A DNA stretch of 64,000 nt from contig NW_026889771.1 of assembly GCF_033153115.1 (NCBI RefSeq), forward strand, positions 8,308,001-8,372,000, in the 5' to 3' direction. Shown here piece by piece: positions 1 to 11,093 of the stretch. Made by a program: the position numbers and the translations under genes. The stretch is from Saccostrea echinata. Its lineage: Eukaryota. Within the stretch, counting starts at the first letter, position 1, and every line of letters starts with the position of its first letter. The notes under the pieces were generated by a model. It saw only the letters and a list, made by a program, of their open reading frames with translations. It was not told where the DNA came from and did no database searches.

Positions 1-910
1 AAATCGTATTTTCACAGAATGAAATTGCTTGTGTAAGGCCTTCTTCGCACCTTAAGTTCTCTTGCAAGAGACTTTCAATGGTTTCCCTTTCCTGATGTAT
101 GTATTTTCTGATTTCTTCTTCAACTATCTTACGATTTAAGTCTAACTTGCGCACTGTTTCTTCATAAGCTTGATTTATCATTTTCCTCAAAGAACATCCG
201 TGAACATTTAGTTTATCACATTTGGAAACCAATTTTTTTTGTATCTCTTTCGTCGTTTCTATTTTCGATTTAGAACTCTGCAGAACTCCGTCGATATCCT
301 TTAAGAAAATATCTTTAGCCTCGGACAATGAAACGTACTCATGAAATCTATGTTTTCCAAGCGCGCACTCTCCACAAATAGGAAGTGAACACTCCTGACA
401 ATAAAATCGCAGTTTTTCTCGATGCTCTTCACAAGGTGTGTCTGTATTTTTATGGCCTTTGTACTTTCCTGCAAAATAGTCATTGAGAGGAACGACTTTA
501 TGTTCTGCCGTTTGTCTTGTAAATGTGTGCCTTTTGTTTGTACAAAACTTACAGAGCAAGTCCATACATGTTAAACATTTGTGAGTAGCTTCTACCTCTT
601 TACATCCGAGAATGCAAAAGGAACACAATCTTCTGGAAGACGATTCTGTGCAGCCGGATAGTTTTTGGATTATATCCTTGAATATGAAATTTGTTTTCAA
701 ACCTGAGACCTTTTGCTCCGTCAAAGGCGTGTTTTCTCGACAAATTGGACAGTTCAATTCTTTATTCTCTGAAGATTTATCTAATAAGGTTTCTAAACAA
801 GCTTCACAAAAATTGTGAAGACATGATAAAGCTTTTGGTTCCTTAAACACCTCATAGCATATTGGGCAAGTCAAATAATCCTCTTTGAGATATTTTGCTA
901 TTAGATCCAT
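1..910 (-). CDS. TRIM56-like E3 ligase, type 2, copy A (5' part; runs off the left edge)
   Basis: Manual translation from ATG at 910: MDLIAKYLKEDYLTCPICYEVFKEPKALSCLHNFCEACLE...CPICRE (RING), CSFCILGCKEVEATHKCLTCMDLLCKFC (B-box1), PCEEHREKLRFYCQECSLPICGECALGKH (B-box2), then coiled coil. The frame is open to base 1, so it is missing from the ORF track. Close paralog of 18401-20398. Confidence 0.9.
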   Translation of the reverse strand, partial: MDLIAKYLKEDYLTCPICYEVFKEPKALSCLHNFCEACLETLLDKSSENKELNCPICRENTPLTEQKVSGLKTNFIFKDIIQKLSGCTESSSRRLCSFCILGCKEVEATHKCLTCMDLLCKFCTNKRHTFTRQTAEHKVVPLNDYFAGKYKGHKNTDTPCEEHREKLRFYCQECSLPICGECALGKHRFHEYVSLSEAKDIFLKDIDGVLQSSKSKIETTKEIQKKLVSKCDKLNVHGCSLRKMINQAYEETVRKLDLNRKIVEEEIRKYIHQERETIESLLQENLRCEEGLTQAISFCENTI

Positions 911-1789
911 ATCTACCGAAACAAAAAGAGAAAGTTGATCAAATTAAGGAAATACCACTAGAAGGATGTACATAAACTCTAAAGGGCACTCAAAACATTG
1001 ACCAACACTTTCATAGATATACCGAATGAACAATTTTGGTTTGAATATGTACATAAAAAAGCTGAGAAAAGGCACCACACCTTGTTCTTTACCAGAGAAA
1101 CTTACGTGTGAATTGCAGGTTAGATGCAGCATTAAATAAACTAATTGTAGACCTACATATGTGCACGTTTGGTTATTATATCACTTGTGATAAGCTGGTA
1201 ACGGACCTAAATACTGTCCTTTATCAGAGTTATTTTTATTCTTCATAATATCTTCTCTGCCATTTGTCAGTGGATCTACGAGGGGTTATCAAAAAGTTCA
1301 TGGACTGGCGCCGTATAATAATATCCGCTTAAGGCACATCAATGAACTTTTGCACATTTCTTCAACATCATATTTTCTGTCTACAGAATAAACTATAAGA
1401 AATACAGTTTATCTTCAAATAAATAATATATGTTTCTGTAGGCAATGGTATGTCCACGCGGCGCAATCTCAAAATACGACGTATTTCTATATTGTATATT
1501 GTATTTTGAAATCAGCTGTTCATGAAATTTTTAAGTCATATAAACAAGATGGGATTTAACACTAGGGTATTTCATCAAGAAAAATGTATTGATGATGAGT
1601 TGATCATTTTATTTGCTTAATTGAGACACAATTTATGCACAGTTAATGTTCCTTTTAGTTATGCTATATCTCTTCTGTTCTTTTGATATTGGGAGTGTAT
1701 TTTTGTGTAATGAGAATGAAATGTATATTTTTGATGCTAAGACAAGACCAATGTGTTTCACACAACATCTGATTTTAGTATGAATAACG

Positions 1790-2548
1790 GACAATACTAA
1801 AGCAATATTTTTCATCTTGAGAGGAAGTGTTAATTATCCTAAACTCTTTTTCCAGCAGAGTCAGCTAGAATTTGTCTCTTCGCATAAACATTTAAGGATT
1901 TTTTCCTCACATGATCTTAGTTGGTCTACACATATTGATACTATTCTAACTAATGAGTATAAAAAATTGGGCTTATTAAACAAACTTAAATTTGTAGTAA
2001 ATCTTTCACTCATGTACACACCTTTATAAGGCCACAATTAGAATATGCTTCCCTGGTGTGGGGTGGGTGTAATGTAGGTGATAGCGAAAAATTAGAAAAA
2101 TTACAATTATGTACTGCTAGAATTGTCACAGGCTTAACTCTGTTAGCTTCTAAAAATGCACTTTACTTTGACTCTGGATGGGAACCATTACATGAAAGAA
2201 GGAAAAATACTAGATTAACTACAATGTACAAAATTTATAATAATCAAGTTCCTGAATCTCTGACTGATATAATCCCAAATTTGCGTTGTAATTCATCAAG
2301 TTAAAGTACGAGAAAATCACATAACTATAACATACCCAAATGCAGATTACAAACCTATAAGTCAACTTTCATTCCCCTTGTTATTGATGAATGGAACTCA
2401 TTGCCTCTTGTTGTAAGAAATTCTTCCTCATTATCTATTTTTAAAAAGTCTATTTCTTATAATAAAACTATGGCACCTTCTTACTTCAGTTACGGAAATC
2501 GACGCTTAAATATTTTACATACAAGACTTCGACACAACTGTGTACTTA
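1790..2548 (+). mobile_element. Decayed CR1/L2-type LINE ORF2, 3' region (left part)
   Basis: Frameshifted translation gives HKHL..DLSWSTHID..RPQLEYAS.VW..LEKLQ..ARIVTG..LY..GWEPL..RR..MYKI..EWNSLP..NILHTRLRHNCVL, typical of the RT thumb/C-terminus of CR1-group LINEs. Confidence 0.8.
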
Positions 2549-4209
2549 TGCCCCGTTCACACGGAGAGTTTAATTCGCAGTAAATTAATGCGAAGTAAAA
2601 TGATGCGAATTAAACTAATGCGAATTAAATTGCGTTCACACGACAGCTAATGCGAAATATATACATTTGTGGTATCTCTCTATTATATAAACATGCAGAG
2701 AGCAAATATCTTCATACCTGTATGAAGTTTTTCGAAGGTCATAGGTCATTACGTGACCTAATCACACAGCGCAGTAATATCTCTATTAAAAAGACTTACT
2801 CCACTAAGCAATATAGCATGTTTTTCATGCATAAAAATGTACAAAATACGCAAGTAAAATAATAATCATTTTATTTACAATGTAAACGAGTATTTAATAC
2901 AGTTCTTGATCGATTTTACATAGAGAAAAGAAAACTACGTGTTATAAGTTTCATGTCTGAGCTGCATAGTCTCAACATTTACCCTTATTTTTCTCGCAGA
3001 CCTCTGAATGCTATAATTTTTTTTCATTAAACTTTACTCACAATAAATTTGAAAATCTGTTGAAAAATATCAATGTAATGCAATCACGCCACAAACAGCT
3101 GACAAACACTGCACTTTGGAAGTTCGGTAGGCACACCTCCATCATCGAGATCGTTGTGACGTTGTCTTAACAATGTAAGCTGTCGCCAGTGTCTCCATGT
3201 CAACATCATAAATTAATAAATATGCCTTACTGAAATCGTAGAATTTATGTTTTTGATCAAATTTTGTACTTGATTTCAAGTTATCTGGTCCGGACAAGTG
3301 TCTCCATCCATCCCTTTCCGATCGAAATTCCTCCAACTTTTTAGTATCAAACATCGGACGTGTTTCTTGTGTTTTTTTAACATCGAATATGGGTTCTCAT
3401 GAATACAAAAATTTCCAGACACCAATATGCTCACTATAATTGATCACAAGTAGCCTTTCACAGAATATTCCCTTCAAAACAATCCTTTGCCAGATGAATT
3501 TGAAGCGTAACCGCTTTTCAAGCCGATTTACACCTAGCGTAATTTGTCAAATTCTACGACGTACAGTTAGTGCAATATTTATATTCGATTACATTCGATT
3601 GTCCGTCTCAAATGTATATATAAGTAATAAATAACAAGTTTAAAAACTTCAATGGGAATTGAAGTGGGTCGGTACGTGATCAAATCTTCTGAGAAGGCCT
3701 TCGGCCTTCACAGGATTTGATCACGTGACCGACCCACTTCAATTCCCATTGAAGTTTTTAAACTTGTTATTTATTTCTTAAGTAAACTAATGCGAATTAT
3801 AATTTTACTTCTACAACAAGGCTATTCAGTAAGGCTATTATGACGTCATTTACAAATCACGTCATATTGTGCAGAGCAGATACATTTGACATAATGTCAT
3901 AGTGTCTGTACACATTTAAGTGATTAGAATAATTTTCCTTTGTTTTCCACTCAAAAATAGCACAAGTACCTATATTTGACCATCGACATGTGGCCTATGA
4001 CTTAATTCTGCCCTTACGCATGCGTCAAAATTTAATTCGAATTAGCTTCGCTTAGCGTTCACACGGAGCTAATGCGAAGTAATTTAATGCGCAGTAAACT
4101 AATTCGAATTAAACTGATTCGCATTAAATTCTCCGTGTGAACGCGGATCAAATTTAATTCGCAGTAACTTACGTTTAATTCGAATTAAACTCTCCGTGTG
4201 AACAGGGCA
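2549..4209. mobile_element. Non-autonomous PIF/Harbinger-like DNA transposon inserted in the LINE
   Basis: 29-bp TIR tgccccgttcacacggagagtttaattcg (1 mismatch). TTA target duplication at 2546-2548 and 4210-4212. Subterminal TAATGCGAA repeats. Removing it restores the LINE frame (CVL-NSDLFRCNII). Confidence 0.85.
2657..3781. mobile_element. Unclassified non-autonomous element with terminal long hairpin (copy 1), nested in the Harbinger-like element
   Basis: Interrupts the host motif taatgcgaa|gtaaac. 13-bp inverted repeat at 2657-2669 and 3609-3621, followed by a ~160-nt hairpin at 3621-3780. Confidence 0.65.
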
Positions 4210-4481
4210 TTAATAGCGATCTTTTTCGATGTAATATAATTTTGAGTCCCTTATGTTCCTGTGGAAGAGTGGAGGAAACTCATCATTATTTCTTCTCGTG
4301 CAAAAAATATACAGAAACTAGAAAAGAATTTTTCGATAGATTTCTGCAAATGGGAAAATTACATACTGTTGATACTCATACATTACTCTGGGGAGATGAA
4401 ACGTTAAATAATGTTGAAAATGAATACTTATTTTCCATTGTAAAAAAAAAAATAAATAAAAAGTCAGGTCGTTTTGGTTGA
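4210..4481 (+). mobile_element. Decayed CR1/L2-type LINE ORF2, C-terminal end (right part)
   Basis: NSDLFRCNIILSPLCSCGRVEETHHYFFSCKKY...LLWGD...: a C-terminal Cys/His motif that continues the frame from 2548. Confidence 0.8.
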
Positions 4482-5064
4482 TGCAATAATTACTTCTTGC
4501 AAATTCTATAGAGCTTGTGTATTGTATAATGTTTCTCTGCTTATTATGCTTTTCTGTGTTTTATTCATTTTAAGCTGAAACCCATATATGTAAATATGTT
4601 TGGTATTAAGTTTTAAGAACTTTTGCCCAATCCCAGTTGTAAAGTTTATAGACAATAAAATATGTTCAAACCAATGAAATCCAAGAGCATCGGTCTCCCA
4701 CAAATGATGATTCTACAGTATTTAATTTTATCTACCACTATACATAAAATTGCTCAACAAATGAAACATGGTGTAGGATTTTTATGTTACCTAAGTAACA
4801 TCATTATGCCACTTGACAATCTTGCACTTTTGAAAATTTCGAACATCATCAACCTCTCCAGAACTACACGTGAGAGATTGAATGGCTGTACACAGCAATA
4901 CAAGGAAGAATATAAAACTAACAATTTACACGAAAATGCAAGCATTAATTAGTGTATATTCAAGGCTGTTCAAATTACGGCCCTCAGGGTAGAAATGAGC
5001 AGTGGGCTAGGCACTAGGAAGTGACAAATTGGTATATATGAGACCTGAATATTGAATAAAAATG

Positions 5065-5239
5065 CAGTCAAACCTCGTTATCTCGAACTTCACAGGACCA
5101 AGAAAATATTTTGAGATATCCGAGGATTCGAGAAATCCAGGATAAAATATTTAAGAAATAAGCGCTTGAGACTTCAGAATCACTTCGACATGTCCATGGT
5201 ATTCGAGATATCTGTGTTCGAGATACCGAAGTTCAAGTG
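5065..5239. mobile_element. Tc1/mariner (pogo/Tigger-like) MITE
   Basis: Termini CAGTCAAACCTCGTTATCTCGAAC ... TTCGAGATACCGAAGTTCAAGTG|TA. Near-identical copy at 25303-25475. Confidence 0.75.
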
Positions 5240-6986
5240 TATAAATATCCTGAAATTTTTAACAAATATTTGGAAAAATCTTCAGTGATGGATAGTTAAA
5301 CTAATATGCAAGCACCCTATACAGTGTTCATTTAAAAACTCCGGAGCAGTGATGAAAGAACTATAATCACCCCTCTATATGTTTTTTTAAACTGTACTAG
5401 TTAAAGACCAGAAGAGCTTTTGTAATAGTAAGGTGTCTGTTAAGATGGTAAGGTATCAGTTAGCTCTCTGTGTATGTAAACTTTTTTTTCTCAAAACACT
5501 ACTCCTTCTCCACCTACAGTTTTGGTTCTATTTAAATAAAGCTTGGAGCAAAAGTTAAATTAAGATACATAATCTTTTAGATACTTGATTTCAATGAACA
5601 GTATTGCCATAGTTACAAAAAATAAATAAAAATCTGTAAAATTCTTTCATAATGCTACTCCTTGTACAATGTTGGTTCAATTTCTGTAAAACTTGCTACA
5701 CAAGTATCCAAGATAAAAAGTTCTGTATATTTATCTTTTAAACACTTTAAAGAGTGTTTATCTATTGTTTCTAAAAATAGGAGTTTCTTCGAAATCATTC
5801 AAAATGTTATTCTTCCTGGTCCAATTTCAATAAAACTAGGCAATCTACTAGAAAACTCCAAAGACTACTAGATCTTTAGTCTCGTTCAACCAGACGCTCG
5901 GCTGTCTCCGTAAATTCCGACGTCATGTGACGTCACAGTCTAGACTGTGTTTCGTGCGGTTTGACGTTTGAAGAGCGGATCAAAGTTCCAAGTGTAAGGT
6001 GCTATCTATAACTTTTGACGGTACAACTGCACTCGCCCCAACGGTCACACCGTAAAACATATTATTTACATAATAATGTATCTTATGTTTCTAAACTTCT
6101 TTTATTGAGATCAAACCAAAAACTGCCGAAGATAAATTTGCTTTTGAAAGAATCTCACCAAAAAAAAAATCTATTTTAAGTAATGGCAATACCAAATTCT
6201 AATTTAAGTAATGGCAATACCTATTTTGTATATCAGTTTTAAGTTTTAGAAGAATTATGTAAATATAGAACTAAGTACATGTATAAGTGCCTTAAGTCCA
6301 GATACAACTTTTCCCTTCCATTATGATAAGTACAATCCAGTAGAGCTACAGTCTCATCAGAGACTTCGTCTTCGTCTGTCGAAAAGAATTCTAATTTACA
6401 AATAAAATCACATAATTTCAGTATACTTTGCGGGGCAAAATTTGACAAATTTTACCCTGTTAACTTGACAAATATAAAGGAATAGAAGTCATTTAAATCA
6501 GAGTTATCTCTCTTATCAGTATCAATGCCGATTGATAACTATGATATCACCTTAAGCTTGATAGATTTGTACAGTATACGTGTGAGTTCCGTTATCGTTT
6601 TACTAGAAGGGTATATAATTATTTTGCCTTCTTGTGAACTACATGGGGAAAATGTGAGTTTTAAAAAAAAAATTAATATGCATCTGGAACATCGTTACAA
6701 AACATTTAAATTTCAGTTTCAAGTTTTAGACAGACGTCAACAGGGGTATATGAATACAAAAGAACATTTACAGCCATTAAGGTAACTAGCATAATAACAT
6801 ACACCAAACTAGATTTACCTCCCTGTTTAGAACTTTTCTTAAATTGGTGAGAAAGACACGTATGTAGAGACACGAGGGAAAATTATTCTTTTTGTTCTGT
6901 GTTTGAAAACAATATAGCATAAAACATCAAAACAATTCTCTCAGAAGAAAAAAAAACATAGTTGTTACTGATAACCAGTCTTTTAA

Positions 6987-7128
6987 GGTTGTCAGATCCT
7001 CAGGTTCTGAAAATCAGGAGTTGAATAATGGAAATGCTCACAAAAATGTTTCTGAATTCTCAAAGTAATGTGTATTTACCCGTGGTATTTCTTCGGAGTT
7101 CATCATAGTTAATCACATGCAATTTTCT

Positions 7129-7165
<37 letters not shown>

Positions 7166-7562
7166 CATTAAATACATGTACGGTATTTTAGTTCTGTTGA
7201 CTTCTCTTGTTAAATAAAACACAGTGTGAAAAGCTTGTGCTATCATTGCAAGACATTACAGATCCAGATTACTTCTAATTTCATATCATGCTAATAAACA
7301 TAGGTATCTAAGGCTAGATCAAAGGAAATTCAATATCTCTAAAAACGCCTTTTTTAAAAAAAAACAAAACAAAAACAACTTTAATTGGATACAAATGTCA
7401 ATTTTTTACAAGACCCTATTCTAAAAACTTCAAAGTACTTTGAATCATATAGAGATGCATGAAATGAAAATGGTGCACGAAAAGATTTTAATTTCAAGCT
7501 TCATTCTGAGACTTTTTCAACTAAATAAATTTAAGAGTTATTGTTCCTGGTTGAGGATATCG
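6987..7562. mobile_element. Kolobok-like non-autonomous element (TTAA-flanked)
   Basis: TTAA on both sides. 5' end ggttgtcagatcctcaggttctgaaaatc and 3' block gagatgcatgaaatgaaaatggtgcacgaaaag...tgaggatatc are shared with 11094-13216. Confidence 0.6.
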
Positions 7563-8530
7563 TTAAGATGCACTTTGACTTGGTTTAATTTATAGAAGTG
7601 CCTCACCGAAGGGGAGGTGGGTACTCAATATAAGGACGTTACTCTAAAATAAAAAGGTCACCTTTTTCTAGTCAAAGTAGATGACTGGGCAAGGAAATAT
7701 GGTTGAAATACATAATAACTATTAAAGAAACATTTCATTTACTTTAACTACTTATTTATTAATTGACTGATAGAATACTAATCAACTCAATCTTTCTAAC
7801 ATTATTATTATTATTACTATTATGTGCTTTCATATAAATTGGAAGTGTTGTTACATATAATAAACTATACTTATAAATGAATAAATTTTACACACAAAAC
7901 TCCGAAATGAACATGCAAGGAACAGAAGAAAATCCTATCTTCTTTTGTATTTACTTTAAGGGAATGACCTTGTTTAAAAAAATAATTATTCGTTGTAACA
8001 TGAATTAGGATTGAACAACAGGCGTGAATGCCTATAATCGTAAAATCACTCCACCTTCTTTTACAATGTACCTCGAAGGAAGAGTCTACTTTCCCTCCTT
8101 GATGCTTCATTTCACATGGACGTATCTTACCTGACGGAAATATTTTTGGATTAGACATTTGAGCTAGGGAGGTAGGAGAAATTGAAATTCATGGCACTGT
8201 TTCTTTGTTAATGTGTAGAATCAAGATAATTTTGAGACGTGTTTGTGTTTTATTTTTGCTTCTTTCCCAGAAGTTTTATTTTTTAAACATTTAAAATACA
8301 GTGATTTGTGGAGGCCGCCGCCATTTTGCAGTTGAGTGCACATTTTTCGTTTTTGAATTGTAGTTATTTTTTTTTTAAAAAATAAACTTTCCTATTTATG
8401 TACTATACTCTTTAGAGATTTTAAAGAGTATATATGGAGAGGTAACGTGATAAACTAAGAAAAAGAGCACACGAAGTGGTTTTCCCTGTGGAAGAAAGTA
8501 AAAACCATTCAACAACTAAATACAGGTGAC

Positions 8531-9873
8531 TACGGAAGCCCTGGAGGGACATTAACTTACTTCTTAGGTGTTTTGATTTAGTTCTTATGACTTATTTGTT
8601 AATTCTTGGTTGTTTTTTTTTTAAATTTATCATCCGTTTACTTAACCCCAAAACGTGGCCTGAAAGGTGGAGGTTATGTGTTGTTTCAGAAAAGAAGAAA
8701 GTAATATTTTGCCTTTGAATTTATTACCATTGACAAGATAAAATAGTAGTTTTGTTCATGTGTTCAATCATCATTATTTACATTTGCAAATATTTTTCTT
8801 AGATGAACCTATAGAAGAGAAAATATGTTCAATTCTGTATGAACTTATTAGGGGGTCAGAGGTCATGGCGTGACCGAATCACACAGCGAGACGATATCTT
8901 GTCTACATATTTCTGTCACAGTGACACTGGTTTCGGAACTTCTGAACCGTCAAAGCGATGAAAAAGATAAAATTATTGACACATATATTTTTTTTTTCGT
9001 TCAACAAATGATCGTTAGATCTTTCTTCGGTGTGAAGAATGTTTCTAATTAGCCTAAAATCACGCTTACCTCTTTAACCCGAAATTCCTTTGAAGGTATG
9101 TAAACTGAAGACGATAGCACCGCTTTTGACTTTATATATAAAGAACTCGTACAATAATAGCAAGATAATTCCCAGTAGCGATCATTGTTTTTTCATTATG
9201 AACAGATATTTCCTGAACTGGACTGCTAAACATCAATGTAAGTATTCAAATGTTGGAGCGAGGCGAACTCTCAAGACCAAACAACTTCTAGGTCATTGCG
9301 CGTCACAACATAGCAATACGGCGGGCCGTTCGTGTAATAAATGCAGTCCTATTCAGAATATTCGTCTCAAATGTAAATAAAAGTAATAAACAACAATGTT
9401 AAAAAGTTCACTGGGAAATGAACTTGGTTGGTACGTGATCAAATCTTCTGAGAAGCCCTTCGGGCTTCACAGGATTTGATCACGTGACCAACCAAGTTCA
9501 TTTCCCAGAGAACTTTTTAACATTGTTGTTTATTTCTTAATGCGAACTGGAAGTTACAAAAAAGATTTAAGTAATAACTTTTAAGTATCAAGATACTAAC
9601 AAATAAGAATTAACAAAAATTAAGTTATAACAACAAAGTAACACGATATCAACAGATAAGAATTTAGTCACAAATGTACTGGACGTTAAACAGTTAAACT
9701 AGGACTAAATATATCATTTGAATAATAAATGTAAGCCAAGCCAGACGTTCTCAATAGCTACGTTAGATTACGTTATAACTAGCATAAAAATCATAAAAAA
9801 AATAACTCGCAACAAATATGTTATAACAAATAAGTCATAACAAGTAAGCCAATGTCCTTCCAGGGCTTCCGTA
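8531..9873. mobile_element. IS3EU-like non-autonomous DNA transposon
   Basis: 23-bp TIR tacggaagccctggagggacatt (1 mismatch) with TACGG...CCGTA termini. 6-bp target duplication GGTGAC at 8525-8530 and 9874-9879. Confidence 0.75.
8774..9540. mobile_element. Unclassified element with terminal long hairpin (copy 2), inside the IS3EU-like element
   Basis: 13-bp inverted repeat at 8774-8786 and 9368-9380, hairpin at 9381-9538. Shares the motif ggtca.aggtcat..cgtgacc.aatcacacagcg with copy 1. Confidence 0.65.
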
Positions 9874-11093
9874 GGTGACGGTGTGTACCCAAAGTCAATG
9901 CTACATAAAGAACCAGTCTCATATTAATTGTATTGACAACGATCTTTTTCCCCATTTTTATATGCATGTTGTATGTATCAAAACTCCTTATTCGCTTTAT
10001 AAGCAGATAAATCTATACTGATAAAAAAAATTCATAATTTTCTGTTCAAAATTTGAATTGTTAAGTGTTTTACGGACCAATGGGAGTAAGCATCAAATGC
10101 AACCCATAAAGCACCCGAGTATAAATTGGCGACAAAGGAGGTCAAGGGTAAAATAACGCCAGGGAAAGGTGGTTCTTAACGTTTTATTGTGGGATTTTTT
10201 TCTTCAAATCCAAATTAAACGAAAGCAACCTCTCAATCAATACTTTATTAGAACATCCATAATTTTGTACTGTCATTATAAGCATATCTTGAAATCGTTT
10301 TTTTTGCGCAAGGAATATATTATTTACACTATCAGATCGTTATGCCTGAGTGATGGTGTGTTCCCATGTGTGCTCTGCAGAAAGTGCATGCAGGGTGTGT
10401 AGAATTCATAATGCTATGAAATATAATACGGTAAAAAAAATCTTTAATGAAAAAGATGTTACATAGAAACAGGAAGATATCGTTGACATGTGAACTCTGC
10501 AGGTGTGAATACATAATGTATTAATGAAAAGATGTAACATAAGAACATGATGATATCGTTAATAAAAAACATCTTATTTTAAAAGGAAAACGTAAACTAA
10601 GGTTGTGTAATATATCTATCTGGCTTTTATAACACTTTACAGCCGGTCTATTTCTTGTCGATCAAAAATTATGAGGTTCACTTTAAAATATGACAACAGG
10701 TAAAATCTATTCAACAATGACTGAGTCACCACTAGCTTTTAAGTGTTTTCTTCAAAATCCCAAATTTCTCCATTTCGACAAATTCGTTCTTTGTACAACC
10801 AGATTGTGAATTCTCCGAGCGAGTAACATTTTTTTTTTTTTTGGGGGGGGGGGGGGGAGGTCAACATTTTCTCAAGAACTTCTGGGCCATAATAGGGGAA
10901 ATTTAATTTTGTTAAAATCCCTGTCGTTTTCATAAAGGTTTGGTCATAAATAATGAAATTGATATGTGAGCATTTACACATAACAAAGTGTAGATTTGCT
11001 TTATTTTAAGGAATGGAACCTACAATCAATCAAAAGACAATTAGGGTGGGAGGTGTTGTGAATGGTAATTTTCAGTAACTGTTTCGAATTTAA

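Noticed and set aside
1277-1320. Mariner-like terminus tacgaggggttatcaaaaagtt at the A/C homology breakpoint
   Set aside because: Only one end is visible; not enough to call an element.
5878-5930. Academ-like terminus TAGTCTCGTTCAACCAGACG
   Set aside because: No matching opposite end or TSD found, so no element could be delimited.
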